Below, one piece after another: positions 48,701 through 62,600 of a stretch of 64,000 nucleotides of DNA (within the stretch, counting starts at the first letter, position 1; every line of letters begins with the position of its first letter). This stretch comes from Eutreptiella sp. 'Long Island Sound 2002' (lineage: Eukaryota > Protista > Euglenida). The DNA lies in contig OZ038378.1 in assembly GCA_964036045.1 (NCBI GenBank), forward strand, positions 165,478,001 through 165,542,000, written 5' to 3'. Position numbers and translations under genes: made by a program. The notes under the pieces were generated by a model, which saw nothing but the letters and a program-made list of their open reading frames with translations, was not told where the DNA came from and did no database searches.

Positions 48701-51700
48701 TTGTGGGCGATCCCACGGCTGCACTCCTTCCCCTTCTCTCCCCCTGCGGCGCCGGTGGGCGATCCCACGGCTGCACTCCCCCCCTCCCCCGCACAACCCG
48801 CCCCATTATACCGCCGGCCGAGTGGCCAAGCGGTCGGTCAACCCCATGAGCTGCTGAGTGGCAGTCGCGGGTTCGAATCCCTTCCTTCTCCTCGTGCACA
48901 GGAAATACAGTATAGGTAGCTGTACTACACGTAACTGTATTTTGCCTGCTAGTATTACCTACCTACCTACCAGTGCAATAGTATGTATTGTATTGCCAGT
49001 GCTGCATCTCCGTGACCCCTCCCCTCCCGCCCCCCGCTGCACATCTGCAAGTGCTTCAACTCACAGAACTAGGGGAGCGGGAGCACCGACGGTGCCCCGC
49101 ACAGGTGGACCTCCCTCCCCCCTGCCCCTGCCCCTGCCCCTGCCCCTCTCACCCCTCCCTTCCTTGGCTGCAGCAGTGGGCCATCCCACTGCTGCCCTCC
49201 TACCCTCCACCCTCCCCCTCGAGCGCCAGTGGGCGATCCCACCACTGCTCTCCACCTTTCCCCCCCCTCTCCTGTGGCGGTACCGAATCTCCGTGACCCC
49301 CCCCCCCCTCCCGCCCACTGCTACAAGGTGCAGTTGCTTCGCTGCACGGAACCCGGGGAGCAGGAGCCCCGTCGGTGCCCCGCGCAGGTGGTCCTCCCTC
49401 CCCCCTGCCCCCTTTGGCACTACCCCTCCCCACTACCCCTGCAACCCCAGCATGCCCCCGCCGGCAGCGCCACCAGGCCACTAGGCCGAAACGCGCGACC
49501 TCGCCAGACCACCCAAACCGTAGGCTACAAGCCCCCGCCCTTAAGCCTCTGGCCAGCCCATTATACCGCCGGCCGAGTGGCCGAGCGGTCAACCCCATGA
49601 GCTGCTGAGTGGCAGTCGCGGGTTCGAATCCCTCCTTTCCTCTCATACCCCCATACATAGAAAATACGGTATAGGTAGCTGTACTACACGTGACTGTATT
49701 TTGCCTGCTAGTAGTACCTACCTACCTGCCTGCGCAATAGTATGTATTGTATTGCCAGTGCTGCATCTCCGTGACCTCCTCCCCTCCCGCCCCCCGTTGC
49801 ACATCCGCAGGTGCTTCACCTCACGGAACCAGGGGAGCAGGAGCCCCGACGGTGCCCTGCACAGGTGGTCCTCCCTCCCCCCTGCCCCTGCCCCTGCCCC
49901 TCTCACCCCTCCCTTCCTTGGCTGCAGCAGTGGGCCGTCCCACTGCTGCCCTCCTACCCTCCACCTCCCCCTGGAATGCCAATGGGCGATCCCACCACTG
50001 CTCTCCACCTTCCCCCCCTCTCCTGTGGCGCCCGTGGGCCGCCCCACGGCTGCACTCCCTCCCCCTCTCTGCCCGTGCAGCGCCAGTGGGCGTTCCCACG
50101 GCTACACTCCTCCCCTCCCCCCCACAACACAGTAATACTAAATAGATAACTGTATTAGCTTGGGTACACTTTACTGCATTTGCCCACTGGTACTGCCTAC
50201 CTTCATGATCACGCTTTAGTATGCATTGTGTTGCCCTTGCTGGTGCCATAGGGTGCATTGTATTGCCAGTACCGAATCTCCGTGACCCCCCCCCCTCCCG
50301 CCCACTGCTACAGGGTACAGGTGCTTCGCTACACGGAACCAGGGGAGCGGGAGCCCTGGCGGTGCCCCGCACAGGTGGTCCTCCCTCCCCCCTGCCCCCT
50401 TTGGCACTACCCCTCCCCCCTACCCCTGCAACACACACCGCTCCAGCACCAAGCCGAGTGGCTGGTCGAGTGGCCTTATGACTGCACATGCACGTCCGCA
50501 CTAGGAGGCGTGTGCCCCGCTCACTGACCGACTGGCAGCTGAGTGTGTGAGGTGCGCCTTAGCCTAACTTCCCCAATGAGAGGCAATCCGTGGGCCCTTA
50601 AGGCCCTCTTCGGACCGGGAAGACAAGCCCAAAGCCCAAAGCCCGGGGGGGTAGGACCCTGGGTTAAAGGTCCTGCAATACCAAACATGGGATAGTGCAG
50701 ACAGGCATTGTAGACAGTGGTATGGTGGCGGGCGAAACTCCCTCCCGCTGGTGACGGTGCCCCTGAAGATGACAGGCCACTGCTGCAGCCAGTCCAGCAA
50801 CTCCCAGGGATCCAGGGCCCGTGTGGCTGCGGCCATCAAAGGCCCCCAAGCCCCCAAGCGGGGCCGAAGACCAGGCAACCGCAAAGCCAAACAAAGAGAA
50901 GGGTCTCAGTGTTGCTATGCGCAGGGGCCTTACAGTTCAAGAATGCACCGTTGTTGAGGCGTTGAGGGATGAAGGCGTTGGCGCCAGGCACGGAAGGGCG
51001 ACAGCGCGTGCAAACCGGCTGCTCTGCCACCAGTTGAAGGGCTCCGCTCAAAGGCAGCGCAGCACCTTTGTGTATCGGGCAGTGGATGGCCCACCCTTGA
51101 CCCCCTACAACCGCTGGATGGAGTCCACCCGATAAACAGCCACGGGGCAGAACACAGGACCGGACATCCTCGTGTATGAGCAGGCGCTCACGAGGGCGGT
51201 ATCAAACGTATGAAGAGTCCAAGGAGTGCGGGCTTTCGTTTGCGGGGGGGAGGGGGGGTTCGATACAGCCCTCTGGCCAGTCCCCCCCCCCCCACACACA
51301 AAAAGGCTCAATGGACGGGCCCCGCAAAATCCTACTGAGACTGACCCCGGGGCCCCGGAGGTGACCCGGACCCCAAATTCGGCAAAAAATGAAAATGGGA
51401 TTTTTGGGGTCAGCACGTCGAGGGGGTTCAGAAAAGTTATCATTTGCCATGTGTTTAGTGGGGGACAAAATTGACCATTTTCAATTCTCAAAAAAATTCG
51501 CCGCCTTTGGCGCCAGACTTCATAGTACCTGATTAATGGTTATGTCAATTGAGCCCTTTTCCCGAAGCCCCCCCCCCCGTTTTCGGGGGCTCTGTCCCCC
51601 CCCCCCCCCCCCCAAGCGGAAACCCGGCGTCCCCAAAGGTTGCCCGGCACGGCCCCGGCCTGCCCCCCCCCCCCTCCCAAAGCCCAGGATTCCGTGTTTG

Positions 51701-52270
51701 TTCCAGTCGACAAGGTCCCTATGCCACGCAACCCCAAAGAGAGTGCCTCCCCAAGGCTGCCCAAGGCACAGCAGGGCCAACCCATCACTATCTACGCTTT
51801 GTGCACGTGACATGTCTCCTTGTCCGAAGCGAAGGTGCTTTTTCTGTGGCTGGTTTGGTGGTGGTTTGGACAGGGTTCGACTTGGAGGCTTCCTCCCCCC
51901 GTTCGGCGCGCCCCCGTCCCATTGATGTCCCCCGTACCCATCGGGCAGAGGCGTCATCGGCACATACCTTTGTTTTCATGGTTTCTGAGTCAAGGTCCTC
52001 CTTTGGGTCCAGGATCCGGAGCGTACGGCACACTTTTGTGGTGCCTACGTTCATCGCATGGCGCTTGTCCGCTGCCATATACCGGACGCTGGTTTGTAGG
52101 TCTGGGTCTCTCCTGAGCTCGTCACGGCACACAACTTCGGTGTTCACGATGTACAGAACCTGCGACAGGCAGTTTGCCTGCATGGTACCCACCCCGCCTT
52201 TATGGAGCACCCTCAAACACACTCCCATCCCTTCGCAGGGGTCGATACAAAATCTCCTGATCCCCCCCTC

Positions 52271-52330
<60 letters not shown>

Positions 52331-55300
52331 GCACGCACACACACACACACACACACGCCGTGCACACACGCACGCACACACACACACACACACACTCGCC
52401 ACGCACGCACGCACACACACACACACACACGATGTAAAGAGTACCCAAACCGTTAAACCCCTGCAGGCAAAACGGAGCACTGGGCACTCATCAGCTCATC
52501 AGGCCGTCCATGTGACAATAGACATGGGCGACTAGGCGCCTTTGTACAGTAGACAGCGGGACTCAGTGCGGCGGGACCTACAGGAAAGGGCAAGCAGAAC
52601 TGCGCCTTGCAGTTCCGCATTTGTTCAATGTTAGTCGCAGGGGGAGGAAACAAATTGGTGCCTCCGGGGCGTGCCGGAGGCGTGTATGCACTATGCACGC
52701 CATGTGTGTGGCCTCAATCCTTCACACCTCACAGGTGATGGCGTTGGGTAACCCATGCTGTCTACCGCGGGGAGAAAAGCGGAGGGAATTTGTTGATCAG
52801 TCTCAGCGCATACTACATATCTTGTTGCTGGCAGGCCACCCGTAACCGGGTGGCTACACACACACAACATGGAGGGAAGGGACTGGGAGGAGGGACAGGG
52901 GGTTCAACGGGGAACAATGGGGGCAGGCACTGCGGGACATTTCCCATAGCTGGCGCACTGCAGACAGGTCATTGCACCACGCCCCTGTTATCCCATTCGG
53001 CGAAAAACGTTCAGGCAGACACCAACTGGAATATTGAGACCCCTTCCAGAAAGCATGTGTCTGCAGCCATTGGAGGATGGCCCAGACATGACAACATCAC
53101 CGTCGAGGGAAAAATTTTATGTGCTGATGGATATACCCTGCAGTTTTCTCGGATGTGTGTGGCGTGCATGCATACGTGCGTTGGATTGCACTGTGGGCCC
53201 ATTTGGCGACGCGTTTGTGTTCATACCCTGAAAGCATAGCCACTTGACACCATGCGCTTACACTGAGGAGTTGCCCTGCCCATGTTGTACACCATGGTGC
53301 CCCTGCAGCGAGCGCCCCTGTGATTATGGCAGTGACGTATCCCTGGTGTTGCGCCCGCGGGTTCTTTAGGGGTGCCCCCTGTTTGAGATCCCATGAGTGG
53401 CTGAGGGCGTTAGGGTGGACATATGCCAGTCCCATTCCGTCGGATCCCCGGACCATGCAAAATCCCATGGCAGTGACAGAGGAGGTGTGGCATGAACCCT
53501 CACAAGGTAGTTTGGCGGACTGGCATTCACATAGAACACTGAGGTTCCAAGCTGTACCTAACGCTTGGCAAATGTTGCGAATGAGTTTGGTGTGCGCGCA
53601 GTCTAGGTATCAAGAGGCAACGAGTATATTATCCCGGAATTGGCACATGGTTACTCGTCCTACCTAAGCTGTTTTCCCAGTATGGGAAACCGCTGTCTGT
53701 GAAGTGCAGGTCGCCCAAGGATCGCAACAGTCGCCGGCATTCGTACAGTGCCCAGGGCTGTGCAAGTCGGCGCTTTGAGCCGAAAAACTACCACCCATAG
53801 GAATGCAGTGGGTGTGTGTGCAGACAAAGCCGCATGCTTGCAGGCGGTTATTGTGGGACATTTCGAAATCCAGGACCCTTTGCAAATCTGCATGCTTAAC
53901 ATACCAGAACTTCCCTGAGGCCCCTTCCCCTGCACGGTCTAGTTGCTTGTGCTCTTTATGGATTGACCAAATTAGTTCGGCGGCCCTCCATCTCCTCTTC
54001 TTGGTAAGCCAGACCGATGATTTTTCCATGTGTGTCAGGACAGTTTTTGAGGGAATTTTGTTAAATTGGTCCTTACAGTCCACTTCGGATATATGTGTGA
54101 TTTTTAAGTCCGTGAGTGTCTGGTACTAGCGCGCCACATCGTGCACGCTATGCAGTAATATGTTGCAGGGTATTTCGTCTGACAGGTAGCGCAGAAAACG
54201 GGTCATGGACCTGGCTGTAACCCTCACCTGGCGTTTAGTCGGGAATGGAGCGGGGACAGCACTGATACCTCGCCACAGCCACTCGTGTTTGACCAGACTT
54301 TTGCTTTTCCCCAAAAGATACAGGCACCCCAGCCGTCCCTGTGGGTTGACGCACCATCCCTGGTTACCTATACGCTGCTTCAGTGACTAGGATATCGCAT
54401 CAGGGGTGTCAGGGGTCGCAGTGTACCCTTCGGCCAGAAATGCTTCCAGTTGGTCCCAGGCCCAACTCTTGCAGAATCCCCACATGTGCCCCACCCCCTT
54501 GTCGACAATGCGTACATACAGGCTAGAACCAATGGTTTCTGCTTGTTTTGATACGCAGGCCAACGCCTCACTTGACTCAGGCCACATGAACCGGGGCAGC
54601 GCTGCAAAAAAATCTGGGTAAGGGGCATGGGGCTGGTCGCAGACCTGTTTGACCACTTTGATGGTGGCTGCCTGGGCTACACGTCCCGGGAGGGGGAGGG
54701 AGTCGTTGGGGCGACATGGAGACCCGTCTGGGTAGGAAACAGGGACAGGGACACACACAGACACACAAACACAAACACACTTGGTGAAGGGGATCAGGGG
54801 ACAAACCGCAAGAGCACCGTCAATGAAGACGAAAGAAGTAGGCACAACACTGATCACCAATGCAAACTCATCAAGCCATTGAAACAAAAAGTAGGCAAGG
54901 TCCTTTTGGCAACAAGAGTACAGCTGGCGGCAGCTATGTTATCACAGGTTCCCCTGGTCACAAACAGTACCGCACAATTGATAGAGGGGATGCTCCTAAG
55001 AGATTGTTCCTAAATTGGCACAGGCTCACAATCCCTGCAGGTGACTGCCGATACGGAAACCTAGTGTCAGACATGCGCAAGTTGCCCAGCCGGCGCAAGA
55101 GGTGCCGGTTTCTATACACCCCCCACAGGCTATGCAGGTCCGCCTCCTGCGCCGAGAATGAACCCCCCGCGTGAATGCACCCATGTTGGGACATGAGACT
55201 GCCCAGGGCCCTGATAAAATTGTTGCAATGCATTTCGAAGGAACTTATCACACATGGCGGTGTGTGAGAGGGACCAAATTTTATCGACGTTCGCTCTCCC

Positions 55301-56560
55301 TGGGCGAGCCAGTGTCTTTGAGTCGGACCCGTGCCTCCACCACTGCCATACACCGTCGACCGTTTCCGTGGGTCTTGACTTAGTACGCCATGATACGTCG
55401 CTTGTCTGCCCTCCAGTGCCCCTGACAACACGTGGAGCCCCAAGTCAGGACCCCCCCTCCCGTCCCCACCATCAGCTTACTCTGCCTACCTGCCAAGCAT
55501 CCTCACAGGGTCCTTAGTCGTGCCCGACCGTGTTGCCACACGTGGGCAGGGGAATTGATGTCCCTGGCAGCATGGCTGCAAGTCGTGCTTTTATGTGGGT
55601 ACTCCAGAAAGCAGGTGTCAAGGGCCGCACATTTGGCCCTAAGCACAGCTCTGGCTACCAGCCCAAACACACCATCACAGACGGTCAAATTCTTGTGCTC
55701 CCTCCTGCCACACCTTCCCATTCCCCATTGTTGTCATCTTACGTTTGGCGTAGCGTGGCTAACGCACCGTGTGCACTGGGCAGGGAACCAATAATATAGT
55801 CGCTGGTTTGTCCCACCACACCTCTCTCTCAATTGCATCTCAGGCCACCGGTGTGCCGATTGGGCACTGCTGAATCGCCACGGAGGGCCACGTGTGCCCG
55901 CAGTGGGAGGGTGTGTGTGTGTGTGTGTCTGAGCGGGTGGGTACACCTGTCTCCAGAACTGCTACTGTCCAGCCTGCATGTAGGCATGTAAGTAGCGCTG
56001 CTTGTGCAACACCCATCATCCAACAACTGTGCGACATTCTAGGATCATGGTGGAGTTTGGATGTCCTTTGCGAGTGCATGCCAGCGCCAGGGTGTGTTGG
56101 ATGGCCAGGGGAAAATAGGCGTTGGCAGGGAGTTACTTACAACTTCAGACGTCTGTTCCAGGATGTATCGTGCCAATCCCAGCTTTTCACGACCCCTTGG
56201 AGGGAGAGTACCCACAGGTAGCGGGGGTGGAGGGGGCCGTAAACCGATACAGCACTCTCTCTCGTCTCCCACCCCCCTCTCTCAACGCAGCCACACCACA
56301 GAACCGTGGATATGCTGCGGCGTTTTTCAGGCGAAATCGGCGACCGCACCAGAGAATCTATCGTCTCTCTCATTTCCCCAAACATGTGCTGCGTGGCCCA
56401 GTGCTGCACACACACACACACACTTCGTGAGGGAAACAAATGAACCAACGACCAGAAGGCCAATGTGAATGACGGAGCACAGCGGGGCAAGGTCACGGAG
56501 CAAATGTCTCCACAACACCTCGTCAGGCCAATCAAAACAAAGACAGAAACATTGTTCGAG

Positions 56561-56609
<49 letters not shown>

Positions 56610-59600
56610 GGGGAAGGGCAGTTTTGTGGGCAAAAGTGGAATATTTGTCCCACTGCTCACCATTGCAGCACCAGAGCCCCCGTGGCGTTCACTCCCCAAC
56701 CGTCGCCTGCAGAGGCTTCCGGTGCAGTCATTCCAAAGTTCGAAGGGAGCTGTCCACTGCTGATGCTGGTCTGGGGCCCTCAAGCGATGATGATGGGAAA
56801 CAGCCGCGGGCTGTTGTCACCTCAAAAGACCTGCGGACACCCGAGTGACAGAAAACGGTGAATCGGGTGTTGCACTTGACACGGGATGGGGCCCTTGTCA
56901 GCCGAATCCGGTGGTGCTCCGGAAGATTTGACGCTGGCAAGCCCAAAGCGCAGCCAAAACAGAGCTGCATTGGACTGGTCTACGACTTGCATGTCTGCCG
57001 GCGGGCCACATGCCAAGCACAGCCCCAGACCTGCGAAGCAAACACCACACCCCAAACGGCACACCGCACCCCGCACCCCGCACCCCGCGCCGCATCGCCG
57101 CGCACCACAAGCCTCACGTAGCGAAGGAACGCCCCAGCGCAGGCCCCGCCGCACACCTGCCACACGGCGTAATACATCAACGGGACGGCCGTCACCAGGT
57201 ACCATTCCAGTTTGCAGTCCGCTTGTGGGTCGCACATGGCATCCTGCAAGGAGCGAGCCAGGTCCCTACGTCCCCTGCACGACGGCGTTTTGGTCCACAC
57301 ATCGACTTACGGGGTTCCGAACGGTCCACCGCGGAGGATGTCGTGCCAAGGGGAACTGGTGGACGGGTGGGCCCTTAACCTAATCGAGACTGGATTGAAA
57401 CCGAGTTGGGAAGGGAGGGGGGGGGGGGGGCTGAATAAGGACGCATGTCAAGGGACACCAGGAACGATTCAGGCTGCGGCAAATTACATCCCATAAAGCT
57501 GGGGGGGGGGCTTATGCATATTCCCGCATATTCCTGCATATTCCCGCATTCTTTTTGAAGGGTGGCCTACTATGATTGGTGAGGGCATGCCAGGGCAGCC
57601 AAAAACAACTGATGTGTTTGTGTGTTGTGTGTCGCACATTTGTCTGTTGTGTCATCTCTTTTTCACTAGAAAGGGAACGTCTTTTTTTTTGCTTCATTGC
57701 AATTTCTGGGTTGCATTCCCCTCTTTACGTCGGACTCTTGCGGCCCATTCCTTGCGCTCGCTCGTGTCGTAGTGCGTGACATTGCATTTGTCTGTCAACT
57801 GCGCCCCGAAGTTGGGCGGGTGGGGCCATCCCCTGAACACTGTTCAAGAGATCCGACATTGATCCGACAAGAGGTCGACTTTGGGCGCCTAAATCCTGTT
57901 GAGACCCCCAGGCCTCTGACAGGGCACGGGGCCTCTCTCTCGCAGGGCCCGGGACCTCCATCAGGGCACAGGGCCGGGGGGTGGGGCACAGTCGGCAAAG
58001 AGCCATGGCCGGCACAGCACACCTCTTCCCATCGCTTGACATACGTCAGCAGAGCGCCCAGGGAGTGCAGGAACACGCTGGTCACCTTGTCCAGGGAGTG
58101 GAACACGAAGCTGTTGCGCCACGTGGGGATGGCCCACAGGAGAGGGCCTTGCGTGACCACGAAGTGCAGGCGCCACAACGTCCGTGAGCTCGGGAACACG
58201 AAGATGTTGAGCAGCATCGCCACCTGAGAGGCAACAAGGGCATCCAGGGGAGCCCCAATGCGCCTCCCCCATCTGTTGTGGCGGAGAGCACGGGGGGGGG
58301 GGGGACTGGTTCTGCTCCAACTGTCGGTCGCAAGAAAGGGGGATCACAACATGACCCCCTCCAAACAGTCCCCCGGGGGAACTATCAAATCGAGATCGGT
58401 GGGCTGGCCAAATGGGGGAACTGTTGAAAGGGGGAGGGGGGGATGGGTTGGGTCTGTTTGTGTGTGCTTGTGCATGTGATCCAGGACCATACAATTGTGA
58501 TCCAGGACCGTGCGATGAAGACTGATCATTTTCAGGCACATGCATCGGGGCCAAAAAAATTTGTAGAAACATCACTCATCCCGCACCCTTCCAAAATCGG
58601 TCCACAATCCAAAATTCATTCGAAATGTGTCAACCACCTCGCTTCACCTGCTTCACTTCAAGGAAGTGGGGGCGAGGTGGTGGGCGCGTGTTTAGTTGTC
58701 ATGTGCAAACACTGCACGCACCGCACACGGCACATTATTATGGATGCTGCACACGAACATTATTGCACACTCTACAGCACTAACTAACACAGATTGATAG
58801 GAATTTGGTTCTTAAGAACAGCCTTCTTCTGTAATACGAAGAATACGTCACATAAGACACCGTTCTCAACAGCGATGCCTCATCTGCCCCCCATTACGCA
58901 GGACAAGGAGAAGCTACGTGCGGCTCCGACAATGAGGGCTCATCGCACTTGAGCCCGCAGAACTCCACTTGATATTGCAGCCTCACCAGCAGGGGACCAC
59001 CAGTGGCGTCCATGTGGGCCCACAAGAAGCGCCATCCCTGGGTGGGCCAAAGACGACTGTGCCAGACCAACCTGTTGCAGACTGCTGCCCTCAAATGGTA
59101 CCATGGCAAAACAACAACAACATCGAGGACATAGCTATGCTTCAGGACCCACGCCGATCATTTTGTGCGGTCACAACACATCCGGCCTGACAAGCTACTA
59201 GAGGAGTGTGACGGGCTGTGGGCTGGTGCCGGGTGTCTGGGTGCCGCGGCTTGCGGGGATGAGTCCGTTGAGAATGTTCACCGAAAGTTATGCCGCAATG
59301 GCTAACAGTTCAGTAACTGAGTAGACACGCACCAAAGTTGCGCCTGGCCTGCGAACGGTTGCACACTAGAAACACGATCATTGAGGGGACCTGTTCAGGT
59401 TTGCGGCACCTGCCAACAATCGAGAGACATTCGCCGGCCCATTACGGATGTTCATCGCCCGCAAGACCTACTCGACGGGCATGATGCCACGAGCAGGTAC
59501 GTTAGCACCTTCTGAGACGCCGGGACCAAAGTATTAAAACATGGGCTGGAATTCTGGAACTGGGGCTAACAACGAGTGTGCAGCCCAGACAACACCCACC

Positions 59601-62600
59601 TCAACTCTCAATCAACACTTGCCTCATCCCGACCCTCAATCAGGCATGTCCCATATGACGTCCCACAGCACCTGCACGAAATAACAGAAATCGTACAAGA
59701 AATACTGGTACTTGGCCTTGCGGTAGAGGCACCATCGGATTGCAATGAGTCCCGGCTGGGTGATGGCATACCACAACCAGAAATACTGCGGGAAGGCCAG
59801 AAACACGTACTCTGTCGTGATCAGCCCAAGCACTCCCAACATAAATCCTGAGAACACACGGAATGTAACCCGCACCCCAACGGTGGTGCGTCGTGACGGT
59901 GGTAGGCCGCGATGAGTCGCGATGGTGGGAGCGCCCAATGGGTCACAAGGGCAGCCGGTCGGTGGCATGCTGCACTGCCAGCCCCTCGCATGCCTTACAC
60001 AGAGATGCAAATACGGCGTGAGACCACAAATCCGAGCAGCAAGCTCCAAGTGTCAAGCGACATCTCGGCGGGTGGCAAACTAACGGGGTCAGGTATGCCA
60101 CCGGACACCCAGGCCATACCTGCCATCACTTACTGAATGCTGGCTCCGCGTCCAGAGTCCCGTCGTCACTTTCTGCTCTCCCCATTGTCCCATATCTCAC
60201 AACCCTCCCTCCACCCCTCCGGGGCCCAGCGGGGGTCTGCTATGCCACACCCATGCTCGGCGTACATACTTCTCGATTTGTAGGGAACACACGACATACT
60301 GCTGTACATCCCCCCTTGGACGGTTGAGGGGGTCACACTCGGCATCGGTACACGCCACACCAATGCGAGGCGTAACTGGTGTTGTGCATGGTCAGCTCAG
60401 CAAAGGGTCTCCATGGTCCCACAAACCTCACACTTGACCATGGATTTGCTTTCACCTCCCTGTGTCTCCGCTCGAGGCTTACGCAATTCTGGGGCGGGCT
60501 TACTTCAGAGCAATAAGGGAAAGCCGGCATATACGCCTGTACAACTACAAGCGCCATTGTCGAGTCCTTTGGATGTGTCCAACTGGCAAACAAACGACGT
60601 GGACAAACCTCCGCAACAGTGACCCTTGCTGCTCAAAAGACGTCCAACAACAGCTTCAGGAACCGGAGGCACAAGAGTGCGACATACCGTTTTTGTGCAT
60701 CTGGCACCTTCTAGGGGGCCCTCATTCAACGAGGCTACTTGAGTGGGGATTTATTGGGGGGTGCCCCAATATATATGAGTCAAAATGAGCCCCATTATCA
60801 TTTTGAGTTAGGGGGCAAATTTTCCCCAAGAATTTCTGTCCGAACAGCCTAAGGGGGGCGGCTCGTTCAAATTCTAGACCCCAACCGGGTGCGAAAAGTT
60901 TTGGGGGTCTGGAAGGGGGGGGGGGAGTGGGTCGGCCGGTCAGCCGCTAGGGTGCCCAGGGGGGGGGGGGGGACCCCAACATACATACCTCAAAATGATC
61001 CCCGTGACACGCTGGTCATTTTGAATACACACAACTAGGGTTAAAAAAGGGTCAGAAAAAATTTGCCCATTAGCTCAGGCTCCCATCAGCCAAGGTCCAT
61101 CCCGGAGGTCAGGTCGGGGGTCAAATTTTTTTCTGCGTTTTTCACCCATTTTCGAGTTCTCCTCAAAATTCTGAGTATTTTGAGTATAGACAGACCGGGT
61201 TAAAAACAAACCCCCTCAAGAGGGCAAAGAGAAAATTTTCGGCGCCTTTGGCCCGACACTTTCCCCCAAAATCAAATTGGAGAAAGACGGGTTCGAAAAC
61301 TTTGGGGGGTCTTGAGGGGGGGGGGGGGTCTGGAATTCGAACAGGCCGCCCCCTTGGAACAGCCCAATCTCAAGCTGGCATTCTGAGTTGAAGCATGCCT
61401 TAAGTCACAGGAGCCCCTTTTCAAAGGACTCATTCATTGTCTTGCATGGGCACAACCCCGATGGAATGCTGAGTTAATGCACGTGAGCACAGTGTGCAGT
61501 CAGTACAAAAACGCAGAGAGAGATGTGGCTTGTCAGTGGCCTAAAAAGACCATAGGTACCTTTCTGTCAATAAAGAGACATACAGATGCCAGTGGACTGA
61601 CCACTGTCAGGCACAAAAAGCAATAGAGTGCACAACCCCCCCCCCAGAATTTTTGGCCCGCCCAGTCACGTCTCCCCTGCTGTATCAGGGCTGCCCGTAC
61701 AGGTACAGTGGAAGTAAAAGGGCCCAAAAACACCCAAAGTGTCATACGGACACATCCCCCTTGAAAAAGAGGGGGCTTGATGCACAGAAGCGCAATCATG
61801 GTACCCTACACTCCTGTCCCTCTACACTTACTTCTAGTGGGGAAGGGGGGGTGGGGGGGCAAAACAGCTGAATTTGCGCACAGCATGCACGCAGCACACA
61901 ATAAGCCCTCCAAGGACGCATTCCAAACGGCGACACAAGCACTACGGGCACTACCCGCTTGTGCTCAGGGGTAGCACGGTCGTACCCTCATGGTTCTCGG
62001 GTCGGTGCCAGTGGTCCTTCCCTTGAGCAAGCCCCTCGTTGCTGGTAGTCCTCCCTGTTGTTGGACCGGCGGGCAGGAACCCCACCGCAGTCACCAGCCT
62101 CTGGTGCCGGGTTCGAACCCCTGACCTTCGGCACCGGAGACTCCGTAGCTTTGCCGCCGTGCCAGTGCTATGGGAGACGTTGCCCCAGCTCGAGTGCACC
62201 ATCCGCCAAGCATTGACGGATGATGGGGCTGTTGGCGGGGGGCGGGGGGGGCTCTGGTAGGGGTGGTGCACAGCGCACAGCGCACCCCTGACCCTGACGC
62301 CCTCAATACTCTCTTCAGTGTCTGCCCTCTGAAACAGGCCTCACAACCCACCCAAGTCCCATGCCCCTAAGTGCAGTCCCTGCAATCCCTTGTGGCACGG
62401 GTGCTGACTGCCCCTCCTCGTTCAGATACGCACCGGTTTTGTCAAAGAACTTGACCACGTACTGCTCCTGCATTCGCTCCCGCACTTTGCGGCTCACGAC
62501 CTTTGTTCGCTCCCGCACCTTGCCTTTGACCTGGGCACACAGATGTGACGCGGTTGGTGTCGTCTGGGCACGAGCCTCCAGTGGTAACGTGGCGCCTGAC

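Larger units (their letters stand above)
48313..50470 (+). repeat. Tandem array of about 630-760-bp SINE-like units with tRNA-derived heads
   Basis: Units restart at ttgcctgctagta (about 48314, 48941, 49701), with a partial fourth unit. Internal gtgggcgatcccacggctgcactc subrepeats. tRNA-like segments at 48815-48892 and 49570-49642. Confidence 0.75.

Noticed and set aside
48815-49642. Functional tRNA genes at 48815-48892 and 49570-49642 (also 62095-62170)
   Set aside because: A and B boxes are present, but the acceptor and anticodon stems do not pair and the segments are embedded in repeats.
50560-51100. DIRS tyrosine-recombinase relic
   Set aside because: Coding-like text, but no RxxE, HxxR or catalytic Tyr motif could be placed.
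51549-52535. 328-aa His/Thr-rich and 230-aa Val/Cys-rich ORFs
   Set aside because: Produced by the (CA)n tract; only 51968-52159 on the minus strand is coding.
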